DNA of 64,000 nt from Nageia nagi (taxonomy: Eukaryota > Plantae > Pinophyta). The DNA lies in assembly GCA_050084985.1 (NCBI GenBank), contig JBITNC010000002.1, positions 9,114,001 to 9,178,000 on the forward strand. Reading direction: 5' to 3'. The translations under genes and the position numbers were made by a program. Shown one piece after another: positions 10,897-23,616 of this stretch (positions are counted from its first letter, which is position 1; the number at the start of each line of letters is the position of its first letter). The notes beneath the pieces were generated by a model. It searched no databases. It saw only the letters and a program-made list of their open reading frames with translations, and had not been told where the DNA came from.

Positions 10897-13800
10897 TGTT
10901 AGGATCCTATATTCTAATATTTTAGTGTTAGTATTAGTTATTTTAATTAAATTGTCGACCTATATTGTAAATTGTAATATTGTGATTGTAAGGGCAGGGC
11001 CCGATTTTGCATTATTATGAGGGATAGGGTTAGTATATTATAAATAGGTGGAAGTGTGTGGAGAAATGGATCTTGAACATTGTTTTTCACTTTTGGAGTT
11101 GTAAGGAGCTAGCCCCCTTGAAGTGGCCAGTGATTATGTTACTATTTAGTAAAATCCTATCTTTGTCTGCTTATTGTTGCTATTTCGTGTTCTATTATCA
11201 GCACATGCTCTGTTATTTCCATTAGATTAGTTGTCATTTCATGTTCAAATTGATATTCATTTACATTTCTACAATATTTCCCTTTTATATTTGTAGCATC
11301 GTATCATCTGGTATCAGAGCTCTTTCTAGGGCCATTCTGCTGCAAGAATTTTTTTTTTTAGAGGTCTAAGCTAGAAATCTTGTACTGGGGGTTTTAAAAT
11401 ATCTAGGAGGATCTGTCGTTTTTGGCTAAGCACACTTGCCCATAAAGCTGTGTGAAGTGAGGTGCAAAAAACTCTGCATCAATACCCAGGCCTTAGACAA
11501 AACCCTATACGGAATCGGACTCCATGTATCGAAAGGTATATCGGAGACTATCTAGGCTATAAACGGAAACTAGGTAGGAAGCTATGTCGGCCATCTGTAA
11601 ATTGTAGTGCACCAGCAAGTGTCGCTGGAAAGTTACTTGTCACAGAAGCCATCTTCGCAGCCTCTTTCCTTGCGAAAGTTGGATAGGAGAGGTGTTTAGA
11701 CAAGCTTACAGAGCACATAATCCTTACCCTAGAATTGTTCCTTCATAGAAAAAACCTTAAATTGGGAGGCAGAATGTATGACTTGCAGTTTTTCAGAGCC
11801 GCCAAAAATAGCAGTTCAGAGGCAGCAAAACCTTTAGAGCTAAATAACTAAAAATATGTACTGTTTCAGCATTTGTTAACAAAAACATTGTCCGGAGTTT
11901 GAAAATCATCATCGGGAGACCCAGCCCATTGCGATCGTCTTTTTGAGCTGATCGTTTTGGTATATTAGACCCATACACTTTTTTGGGCACTTTCTAAAAA
12001 TAGTTTCTAAAAATAGCAATTTCCAGAAATAATAGTTTCAGAAATGGCACCTGAGACAAGATCAGAGACAGTAGCACAAGTTGATTCTACCATGATGACA
12101 TTTCAGACTATGATCCAACAAATGGCAGATACACTTACCGGCACATTCAGGTTGAAATCCGACAACTATAGACCCAAATACAAACCATTGATAGTAAGTG
12201 TGACAGTGTCCAACTAAGTATCATTCATACCAACAATGCATCCAATTCACAGCAGTTAGGGCAGTTAGGAAATCCACAGAGGTATCATTATAACTTTCAA
12301 GGCCAACAAGGTGGTTTTATTCTTCCCCGCACAACCAAATTGGATTTTCCCTGATTTGATGGAGATGATCCCACTGGCTGGATTTATAAGTTCGAATAGT
12401 ATTTTACATTGAACCAAATTCCAGAAGATTTGACGGTGCCCATGGCAACTTTTCATTTGGACCATGAGGCTCTCCAATGGCACCAGTGGTACTCAAAAAC
12501 TCATCCTGCTCCTTCATGGGATGAATTTACTCAACAATTATTGATCCGTTTTGGTCCTAGTGACTATGAAGATTTCACAGGCGCATTGACCAAGTTACGT
12601 CAAGCCACAACAGTCAAAGAATACCAAAATCAGTTCGAGAAACTAGCAAATCACACAGAGGGGTTGGATGACACATTTTTCACAAGTTGTTTTATTAGTG
12701 GATTAAAGGAAGAAATTAAACCAAAGGTCAAAATGTTTAATCCAAAAACTATGATGGATGCTATTGCTTTGGCAAAGCTTGCTGAAGATAAGGCCATTGC
12801 TCATTGATGAAATGTAAGGCTCCCATTCACAAATACACATAATAATTCCCATTCCTCTAATAACACAAGTGCCCCACCACCAAATCGCACAATGCAAACT
12901 AAGAAGTTGATGTGGGAGGAAATGGAAGAGTGTCGAAAGAAAGGTTTGTGCTATAATTGTGATGAGAAATTTGTTCGTGGTCATCGTTGTACTCAACAAA
13001 AGTTATATTTGCTTGATGTTGATGTTCCTAGTGAGGAGGAATATGAGAGTGCATCCGAAGAGGCTACAAAGGAAACTCCAGATGAGGAGGCCTCGGTTAT
13101 CTCTTACAGTGCATTGGCAGGAATTACTACCCCACAAACTATGAAGGTCAAAGGGTTTTTTAAAAAGCGCACTCTCATCATATTGTTGGATTCGGGAAGT
13201 ACTCATAATTTCATTGATTCATGGGTGGCTAAGGCTGCTGACTGTTACATCCACCCTACAAATAATTTTGAGGTTATGGTTGGTAATGGAGGAAAAATAG
13301 CATGTAAAGGCACATGTCAAAATGTCAAACTGAGCACGGGCCACTATACTTTGAAAAGCGACACGTATGCTTTACCACTTGGGGATGTGATATAGTTTTG
13401 GGGGTGCAATGGTTAAGGACTTTGGGCACCGTGCAGTGGAATTTTTCAGAGCTATGGATGACCTTCAAGATAGCCAAACAAGAGCATACTCTCAGGGGAT
13501 TACAGGTTGGACCTTCACAAATTGTGAGCTCCCATCGCATGGAAAAGATCCTACGGAAAACTGGGAAGGGAATGCTGGCACAATTATCCTCTTTAGCAAT
13601 CATCAAATTTGAAGTCACAAAGCCTAAGGACCTGCAGCCCATCTTGAGTAAGCATGCACATACCTTTGAGGAACCAACGGGCTTACCACCCCAGCGATCT
13701 CATGATCATGCTATCCAGTTGGTGTCGGTAAGTCAACCACCAAACATTCGTCCTTATTAGTATCCTTGTTTGCAAAAAAATGAAATTGAAAAATTGGTTC

Positions 13801-14977
13801 AGGAACTGTTGGATGCAGGAGTAATCCGACCTAGTGTAAGCCCATATTCTTCTCCAGTTATATTGGTTTGTAAGAAAGATGGCTCATGGCATATGTGTGT
13901 GGATTTTAGGGCCCTCAACAAAATTACCATCAAGGACAAATTTCCGATACCAATCATTGACGAATTATTGGATAAACTGCATGGGGCAAGATATTTTTCC
14001 AAGTTAGACCTGCGATTTGGGTATCACCAAATCTACCTCAAGGAGGAGGATATACCAAAAATTGCATTTCGCACTCATGAAGGCCATTATGAGTTCTTGG
14101 TCATGCCTTTTGGCCTCACAAATACTCCATCCACATTTCAAAGTTTAATAAATCAAGTGTTTCATTCGTTCCTCAGGAAGTTCATTTTAGTTTTCTTTGA
14201 TGATATCTTGATCTATAGTAAGACATGGTAGGAACATGTGGCCCATGTTGACCAAACCTTACAAATTTTGAGGGAACATCGGCTATATGCAAAAAAATCC
14301 AAATGTTCAATTGACAAGAGGGAAATTGACTACTTAGGCCATATGATATCCGAAGAGAGAGTTAAGGTGGATCCACATAAGATTATTGACATGCAGAACT
14401 GGTCTTTTCCTACATCTTTGAAAAGTCTCCAAGGATTCTTGGGTTTGACAGGCTATTATAGGAAATTTGTGAAAGATTATGGTAAGATTGCAGCACCTCT
14501 AACAATGTTGTTGAAAAAGAATGCATTCCAATGGTCCCCTCAAGCTGAGGCAACTTTTCTTAAGCTTAAGGATGCAATGTGTACCACTTCGGTATTGGCA
14601 ACGCTAGATTTTTCTAAAACCTTTATGATAGAAAGTGATGCTTGTGGAGTAGGAATCGGGGTAGTATTGATGCAGGAGGGGCGTCCCTTGGCGTTCACTA
14701 GTAGAGCACTCTCTGCTAAAAATTTGGGTAAATCCACCTATGAAAAAAAATGCTTGCCATCATTCACACAGTTCAACACGGGAGACCATATCTCATTGGC
14801 TACCATTTCATCATCCTCACAGATCATCAAAGTTTGAAATTTTTTATTGACCAACGTGTTTCTACGCCCGAGCAACAAAAATGGGTGACCAAACTACTGG
14901 GGTATGATTATGAGATAGTATACCGTAAAGGTAAAGAGAATGTGGTTGCCGATGCTTTGTCCAGAAAATTTGAAGAT
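10897..14977 (+). mobile_element. 3'-truncated Ty3/Gypsy chromovirus-type (Reina-like) element: LTR, PBS, gag-PR-RT-RNase H
   Basis: LTR 10897-11306 (TG...CA, TATA ~11040); PBS TGGTATCAGAGC 11309-11320; ATG 12044. Motifs [50 protein letters not shown]. No integrase or 3' LTR. Confidence 0.9.
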
Positions 14978-14978
14978 T

Positions 14979-17900
14979 AGGTGTATTTTCTTGTTGTGCA
15001 GCCTTCCTGATACATGGGATAATCTGATCATTGTGATTAGTGGGAGCACTAAGATTGATGATTTGAAGATAGATAACATTGTGGGGCAGTTCTTGTAGGA
15101 GGAAGCAAGAAGAAAGACTGTGGAGCCCACAAGGAGTGTTGAAGCATTTGACTGTGAGAGGGAGAAGTAGAGATCGTAGAATCAATGAGAGACCACATGG
15201 CAGAGGACAGAGGTCGAAACCGAGAAGACAATTTCCTAGCAAAGGCCGAAAGCAAGATGTAGAGTGTTGGAAATGTCATAAGAAAGAACATGTTAAGAGC
15301 AAGTGCAAAGAAGATTCTCAGAAGGAGAATGAGGAGTCTACTTCTACTACAGCCATTGCTGAAGAAGGAATAGTAGGCCTGGCTGTAGGCTTGATTGTTG
15401 ATCCCCAGGTGGAGTCATGGTTGACTGACTCATGTGCATCATTTCATATGACACCTCATAGAGATTGGTTCGAGACCTACCATGAGGGTCATTATGGGAA
15501 GGTGTTCCTTGGAGATAGGTATCACTATGATGTGGTAGGTAGAGGCACAATAAGAGTAAGGATGGTAGATTGCAAACCATCGCTAATGTTAGTCATGTTC
15601 TTGGACTAACGCAAAATTTGCTCTCAATAGGTCAATTTACTAGTAAGGGCTTTAAGGTTGACTTTGACAATTATTATTGCAAGCTAGCGAATGATGAGAT
15701 GGTTCTAATTCATGGAATCAAAAAAGGATCCCTCTACAAGCTAGATGCAGAATTAGTGAGTTTTGCAGGTGCAACAATAAATAAAAACTCTTCTGAAATG
15801 ATGCTATGGAACAAAGGGATGGCACACATAGGCGAGAGGAGCTTGAAGGAGATGTGCTCCAAACAACTGGTACGTGGTTTGGAATACAAGAAATTTGATA
15901 CATTGAATTTTTGTGAGTCTTGTGTCATGGGAAAGCAAAAGAGAGTATCTTTCTCTTCTAGCGAGTATAGAAGTGAGAGTGTCTTGGAGTTGGTACAGTA
16001 GGACATCTGTGGACCTATGGAGGTGACATCCATATTATGGTCCAAGTACATGAGTACCTTTATTGATGACTTCTCCTAGAAGTCTTGGGTATTCTTCATG
16101 AAGAAGGATGAAGCCTTGGAGAAGTTCAAGATCTTTGTTGTTGAGGTAGAGAGGTAAACTGGTAAGAAGGTCAAGGTGTTAAGGACTGAATATGGAGGTG
16201 AGTATTGCTCAGAAGAATTTGATGCTTTCTGCAAGATGCATGGCATTGTAAGATTAAAGACCACACCATACACCCCACAACCAAATGGTGTGGCTGAGAG
16301 GTTGAATAGAACTCTCATATAGAAAGCACGAAGCATGCGAGATGCATGCCTTGATAAGAAGTTTTGAGCTGAGGAAGTTCCTAGTGCTAACTATGTAAAT
16401 AACTTTTCTCCAAGTTCAGTTTTGGGAGGTGTAAGTCCACAAGAAAAGTGAAGTGGTAAAAAACCCATTGTTGAGAATCTATGGGTGTTAGGTTGCGAAG
16501 ATTATATGCATATTCCCAAAGAGAAGTGACAAAAGTTGGATTCTAAGTCAATTAAATGCATATTTGTGGGCTATAAGGAAGGTGTAAAAGGCTATAGATT
16601 GTATATCCCATCAGAAAAACATCACACTGTTAGTTGTGATGTAATTTTTATGGAGAATGTTGCAAATGGAAGAAAGAAAGAAGAAGGTGAACTGAAGAAC
16701 GATGATCTAGTCCTCCCATAGATCATGTTCAACCTGTCAGCATTAAGTCTTCCCAAGAGCAATAATATTCAAGAGTTGGTGTACAATCCTCCACTGGTTG
16801 TGAGGATCATCCTTCTGTAGCAGGCCCAAGTGATCAACATGTGACTGTCGATAGTTGGATAGGTGGTAATGATGAACCACCTACGAATGATGATTCATCT
16901 ACAAGAGATGATGTTGGAGGAGATTCCCAAGAAGAAGTGCAATCTAGAAGTGAGGTTTCGGTTGAAGAAAATGATCAATCACTTCAGAGGAGTCATCGCT
17001 AAAGGAGAGTTCTTGATAGGTATGGATATGACTCTAGTGACTTTAAATATTCTACACTTATCGTTCTATGCAATGAGCCTACTAGTGTGAACGAGGCTTT
17101 GAGTGGTGATGAGGCCAAGGAGTGGAGAATGGCAATGGAAGAGGAGATGGAATTTCTCAAGCGTAATCAAACGTTGGATTCGCATCCTAGACCAAAAGGG
17201 AGAAAGTTGGTTGGGTGCAAATGGGTCTTCAAGAAAAAGTATAATCTAGACGGCTCAGTGGAGCGGTACAAGGCAAGATTAGTTGCAAAAATATATACAT
17301 AAGTGAAGGCATTGATTACACAGAGACATTCTCACTAGTGGCTAAAATAGGCTCAATTAGGCTATTGTTGGCAATGGCAGCAGTAAAAGATTGGGAAGTT
17401 GAGCAAATGGATGTGAAGATTGTGTTTCTTCATAGTGAGTTAAAGGAGGGGATCTACATGGAGCAGCCAAAGGAGTATGCAATCAGAGGGAGCAATCGAG
17501 TGTGCAAACTCAAGAAGTCAATTTATGGCTTGAAGCAATCACCGAGAGAATGGTATAAGAAATTTGACTATTATGTGATTGAGCATGGATTTGAGAGGAG
17601 CAATGCTGATCATTGCATATACTACTTGAAGGATTCAAGTAGATTTGTCATCCTTGCATTGTATGTCGATGACATACTTAGCAATTTTCAGCAGGTGATT
17701 CAAAAGGTGAAGACAAAGTTAGCAAAGGAGTTCAACATGAAGGACTTGGCTACGCTTCACTACTTCCTTGGCATTGACGCCAAAAGGGACACGAACAAAG
17801 AGCAAATTATGGATCAGCCAAAGGAAATATGTGGTTGATGTGTTGAAGCAATTTGGGATGGAGATTTGCAAACCTGTGAGTACTCCATTTGTAGTGGGAG

Positions 17901-18840
17901 CAACATTGTCCATGGAGCAATGCCGAAAGATAGTATCTGAGAAGATGAAAATGGCAAATGTGCCATATGCAAGCGTAGTTGGCAAGTTGATGTATGCAAT
18001 GGTTCGTACACGGTTGGATTTGGCTCATGCAGTAGGAGTAGTGGGCCGATTTATGTCAAATCCAGGTCAACAACATTTGATGGTTGTAAAGAGGATCCTT
18101 TGGTATCTACAATAAACAAAGGATGTTGGGATATGCTATGAAGCTGTAGGTGATAGCCAATTGAAAGGATATGTAGATGCTGATTTTGCAGGAGATGTGG
18201 ATGGTTGAAAGTCCACAAGTGCATGTGTTTGAATTGTTTGGAGCATAGAATAAAAAAACTCCATTTAAACGCGTATTTTCTGTTTAAATGGTATTTTTAA
18301 CGGTCCTGTATTTAACCGTATTTTAAAAATACTTACCTTCTATAGTATTTTTTGCCTTTTTTTCTTGTTTTTCCTGTATTTTTCTATCGTTTTTGCTGTT
18401 TTTTTCGTATTTGACCCCTGGCCGTATTTTCAAAAAACTGTATTTTTATTCTATTGTTTGGAGGAGCCATTAGTTGGAGAAGCAAGAAACAAGATGATGT
18501 TGCTCAATTAACAACGGAAGTGGAATACATTGCAGCAGTGGAAGCTTGCAAGGAAGCAGTATGGCTCAGATTATTGTGTTTAGATGTTGGTGTGCAACAG
18601 AATTCAATTCCATTGTGGTGTGACAACAAGAGTGCTATTGACCTTGCTGTTAACCCAAAATTCCACAACAGAACCAAGCACATCAAGGTAAGGTTTCACT
18701 TCATCTGAGAAATGATTGAAGAAGGTGAAGTGAATCTTAAAAAGGTGAAGACTGATGTTAACACAGCTGATGCTTTGACAAAGGCAGTGAGTACCCAAAA
18801 GTTCAAATGGTGTCAAGAACAGCATGGCATAAGTACTTGG
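14979..18840 (+). pseudogene. Copia gag(C-term)-PR-INT-RT-RNase H, degenerate
   Basis: RCIFLLCSLPDTWD; CWKCHKKEHVKSKC zinc knuckle; WLTDSCASFHMT; CESCVMGKQ; integrase core; MDVKIVFLH; LYVDDI; FHNRTKHI. Many stops and frameshifts. Confidence 0.92.
18244..18455. mobile_element. hAT-type MITE inserted in the Copia RNase H
   Basis: TIRs CATAGAATAAAAA / TTTTTATTCTATT; 8-bp TSD GTTTGGAG. Removing the element plus one TSD restores ELFGGAISWRSKKQ. Confidence 0.85.
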
Positions 18841-19778
18841 CCGTCGTAGTCGCCAAGTGGGAGATTGTTAATGATGGCGAATCCAACTGGTGGAGGGCCC
18901 ATAGCTGATCGCTAACCTGTCCACAGTTGGAGATTGTTCTAAGATTTATGCCAGGCTGTCCACAGCCGGATTGTATTGAATGCACAAACTAGTCCATGCT
19001 ATCTATAGCTGGATTGCGATTGTAAACAGTTGCAGAATTGCAACTATAAATACATATATTGAGTGTTTGATTAATAGAACAAAATCTCTGTTTTTTCTCT
19101 TGCAATTTTCTTTCTCGTCCTAATAATATTAAGGTGACACATTCATTTTGTAGTTTTTGTTTGTTCTTCTTTTAATGTTTCGTGGCTTGAGATCCTCTCT
19201 TTCCTTCAGAGTCAGTAGTCCAATCATGTTCTGTTTTGTAAAACTATACATTTTAGTTTGTCCTTCAGAACTGGATCTTATTCTACTGGTACGCATGGTA
19301 ATTGAGCTTGGTTTTTGAATTGTGCATTTTGTACTGCTGATCTAATTTTTATTTGCCTAGGATCATCCACCTATAGATTCATAACTAAGTTGGAAAGCTT
19401 ATTGTCATAAGCAAGTTTGCCATTGGACCTTGTGTTTTTACCATCAAATTATAATGGGTTCAAACCTCACATCATTGGATTATCCTACCATGCCTTCAGA
19501 ACTGTTCAGTCTATTATGGACAAGTTCTTAGACAAAATCATGATATTCCGGGTTTAAGGTGTTCGTGTAATCTCATTACAGTACTGAAGTCAGTTCCAGA
19601 AAAGAGTATCATGTCAGGCTATTTGTTTTTAGCAGATATTGTATATGCTTGTTCACATTCAAAACTGGTTGTCAATGGTAGGGATGTAGATGCTAGAAAG
19701 GTAAAAAACTGAAAACGATGAGTGCTACGAGGACAAACAACCATGCATAGCCTAACTCTCTCAATTTATTATTTGCAG

Positions 19779-20351
19779 GATCTTGATCTTGTTCAGGGGA
19801 CAGAGACGAATGCTTTCGTTAACTTATCAATTAGCAACGAAATTCACAAGAGTACAACAGAGGCTTTGGATGGAATCCACACAAGATCATACCAAAGAGA
19901 TTGCCAGGACATGTCCAATGCAGCAGAACTGGACTTTTCAGAGAGGGCATTGGTAAAGCAAGACATTGGAACAACAATCAAAGATTTTCCTTTGAGTACA
20001 TCATCTGAATTGAAGTATAGTAGTGACAAAAGGATGGAAAGTATTATTTTTGATATGGAACAACATGGATTTCAATACATTCCTCCTACGAGGGATCCAC
20101 CACCTGACTCTTATCTGTGTTATAAAAAGAAAAATACAAGCGGAAAATCTCAGGCTCATGTTCATGCAGATTACTACATTTTGCTTCGTGCATGTGCAAG
20201 AGTTGTAAAAACAAAACCATATGTTCTACATAAGTGTATATTGCAAATTGAGAAACGACTTGGTTGGATTGAAGATCGTATTACTGGAATTTTACAGGAA
20301 TATTTGCTAACAAAATGCCAAAGAGTAGAACAAATCAATAATACAGTTTGA
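19779..20351 (+). CDS. TAF1B: TAF1B terminal coding exon
   Basis: TTTGCAG| acceptor at 19778, phase 0 matching the donor at 2905. C-terminal motifs DMEQHGFQYIPP, HADYYILLRACA, EKRLGWIE; TGA stop at 20349-20351. Confidence 0.88.
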   Translation, partial: DLDLVQGTETNAFVNLSISNEIHKSTTEALDGIHTRSYQRDCQDMSNAAELDFSERALVKQDIGTTIKDFPLSTSSELKYSSDKRMESIIFDMEQHGFQYIPPTRDPPPDSYLCYKKKNTSGKSQAHVHADYYILLRACARVVKTKPYVLHKCILQIEKRLGWIEDRITGILQEYLLTKCQRVEQINNTV

Positions 20352-20742
20352 AAGGTAAAGCCATTTGTCTGGCGGTTCTCAATTTTTCTGAATCATGGAA
20401 TGAAAGTTTTAATTCTTAATTTTGGTAGCCTTGCAGACGTTTTTCATTTGATGATCATGAAATTCATTTGTGAGCTTGTTAAATTGAATTGAATATCATG
20501 TTATTATAGATACCTAAAATATGTCCATTTTATTTTATTTCATTTCCTGCATTCTTGGATTGTTGCTCAGAAAATAATGGTAAAACTAAAAACACATTTG
20601 AGGCACACTGATGAGGGGTGAACAACAACAAACCTTTAATCACACACTCGTCTGGATTTGGTTGAGGTTGTTACACATTTATCATTGATCATTTTTGTAA
20701 ATACAATTTGGTTACTGCTTTTTATTTTCTGTTGATCAATTC

Positions 20743-20890
20743 GAATTAGTCTGTAGACAGAACAATCCTTACATCGAGTACCAACCCTAAAAACCAATCC
20801 TCTTTAGGCTGGTTCTTTGAATTAGTCTGTAGACAGAACAATCCTTACATTGAGTACCAACCCTCTTTAGGCTGGTTCTTTGAACTAGTC
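20743..20890. repeat. Tandem duplication (76 and ~63 bp units) downstream of TAF1B
   Basis: GAATTAGTCTGTAGACAGAACAATCCTTACAT...TTAGGCTGGTTCTTT present twice. Confidence 0.85.
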
Positions 20891-23616
20891 TTCTTAATTC
20901 CTTTCCTTATATAATCATTTAAGAGTGAAATAACAAAAAGGTAAATTCAAATTTCAAATGTATGTTGTAATATAGTCAAGATGAATTCAAATGCTTTATC
21001 ATAAAAGGACAATTCCTTTCATTTTCAAAGAGATTTGATAACCTATCCTCTTGACAAGGTGATGATAGAAAGCTCTTCAAGATTATCAAGAAAGACTAAA
21101 TCATCAAGGATGTCATTACTTTTTCTCTCTATCAAAGTTGGACTACAATTTCATGCTCCCGTGAAGAGATTTCAGCTAAACTGAAGATACTATCACTACA
21201 TTGTAGCATTCAAAATTTGAAAATTCGTCAAAAACTAGACCTTAAGTGGTTGAATTTCTTGTTTACGGACTGACACTTTGAAAATCAAGGGTTTTTGGCC
21301 CATTGTTAGTTTTGTCGACCTACCATTGTAGATATTTAAAATTAGATTTGGGATATAATTAACTAATGAATAATGATCTAAATATCTACTATGCTGATTG
21401 CATATAATGAGAATAACAAGATTTGTAGTAATAACATAATCAAAGATAATTCAAACTAAAATTGACGATATTGCTACTATGACCTAAACAAGATGGAAAT
21501 ACGAATGCTTGTTGTACTCACATGTGACGAACAAACGAACCTCAAGAACATGCAAGGAACAATCCAACAAAGATGCATTAAAGATCAAACGATCCAACTC
21601 CTTAGGAAGAAAATAGTTGGCGGTTTGTTTGATCTCAAGAATGGAACATTGACGGTCCTTTTGTAGGTGATTTAGACATCAAACAAGATCTCGATGGTCA
21701 CCTCAACATGCAAGGATGTTGGTCCTGTGCACATAATCATACATAGTTTGCGTAAGACAATAGATATTCATAATTCCAATCTTGATAGGTGGCATCCAGA
21801 GACGTAGCAAAGATGAGAGTTGCCACTATCAAGTATCAAAATATGCTTTCCTATATACTGTCTTGATAATGGATTTGTGTGGTTCTCCATTATATAGGTA
21901 GTCTCAATGATCCACTCCTTGGGCTATGCACCATCTAGATAAAAGAAACATATTAGTCCATTACTTCAAGATAATCATAAAAAATATAATTTATCATTAA
22001 TATCATTATTGATACATACATTTAGATTTAAAAAAAGTATAAAATCAAATTAGCGTATCTATAACCACATCATCACACAACTTAGGTCTTTTGGCATTTT
22101 CTTAAATCTAGGTATGAGGTGCATGTTAATCTTTTTCTTGTGTTAGCTATTTATTTTTGTCTAATGAATGATGGGGAGCTTGATCATCATTGAGGTTGGT
22201 CCTAGCCTCTTGAACAATCCATGACAAGCACACATCTCTGTAAAACCTCAGTTTTGTAGGATCCATCTTAAAGTGGATTCAAAGCTTTTTTTTTGGGGCT
22301 AGCAATATCAAATTCAATATATAAGCATTGTTATCTGAATATCATTAGCTTATATCTTAAATTTAGGATTATCATGAACCATCTCATAAATATGAATTTG
22401 CTTATCATATAAAGATCATTGTTCATATATTTTTCATTCATATATAGGCTACCATTATGTAAATTATAATATTACAATTGCATTTATTTGATCTATAATT
22501 ATCGAAAAGTTTAAATAAACATGCAAATTTATGTTATTAGTTATAGAAGTTGAGCAAGTAATAAAATGAAAAGTTCAATTTTAGAGAAGTTATTTTGTAG
22601 GCCTGATCATAGCTTCATGGCAATAACATAATTACAATATTTTGAAAAATGATGCTTATTACAAGATTCTTGTAATTGTACCTGTACAATACTCTTTGTA
22701 AATGATTAGGAGTTATTTCATATGCTTGTAACTATTTAGATGGTTGAATGTGATTGAAAGGGATGATTGATGTCGTTCCCAATATATATTCTTATGTAAA
22801 GTTTGTAGCAATTGAATTTTAGATGAGAATACGATATTAGAGAGTCGTAGAAGGTGTAACTAGTTGTATTCTTGCTTGTGGAGCAACATAATAATCTTAT
22901 CAAGACATTCTTTGTGTGTTTGTACTATAATTTACAAATTCTTTGAATAAAGATGTATTTGCCATTTATTTGCATTCCCCCCCCTCCTCATATTACCATT
23001 TAAATGCCATATTTCTCTTTCAAAATAATCCTTTGTGCGTTTTGCATTTTTTTTTCAAATTTGGCTTGTACCCGAATTTGTATATATTGGTTTCTACCAC
23101 GAATCTTTTATTTCTAATAGTGGATGCACGTTGTTACAAGTTTATAGAACTTTTTTTAAATCTTCTAATTGCACTTTTAAATCTATTTTAATTTTTTTCG
23201 TTGGGTGTTGAGGACTATTCTTCACATATTTTAGTTGTTTCCAAAACTTTTATCTACTTTTTAAATTCTTTTTATAGCCATTGACTTGTTAGTTTTTACA
23301 AACATTTTTCATTGTATTGCATACCATTTTAATCTTATACAAATATTTTTGGTATATTTTCTTAGTTTCCATAGCCTCTTAAGAGTGTTTTTAGAGTTGC
23401 TACATGTGTTTTGGGTGAGACTACACTTGTATTGTGTTTTCTCTTCATTATGTTATGTTGCAAATAGTTTCTTGTGGATAGTCTACAATTGTGGACATGT
23501 TGAGAAAAAGCTATAGATGAATTATTATTGTGTAGTTTTTGTTTTTCTTCCACTTCTAATTAATCTATACTATTTTCTTCTATTGTTATAATTGTATAAA
23601 CACCATTAATCTTGTT

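Larger units (their letters stand above)
10120..19125 (+). mobile_element. Ty1/Copia LTR retrotransposon containing a fused Gypsy 5' half
   Basis: 5' LTR 10120-10403 and 3' LTR 18866-19125 (~88% identical by eye, 24-bp indel); TSD ATATT (10115-10119 / 19126-19130); PBS TGGTACCAGAGCC 10405-10417; PPT AAGTGGGAGAT just before 18866. Confidence 0.92.
2905..19778 (+). other. 16.9-kb intron of TAF1B, mostly LTR retroelements
   Basis: GT...AG ends with compatible phases; about 14.8 kb is accounted for by two TSD-flanked insertions. Confidence 0.85.

Noticed and set aside
19722-19778. GTG-started N-terminus of ORF 19722..20351
   Set aside because: Intronic read-through before the acceptor at 19778.
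21326-22000. Possible TE coding relic
   Set aside because: No frame gave a recognisable motif.
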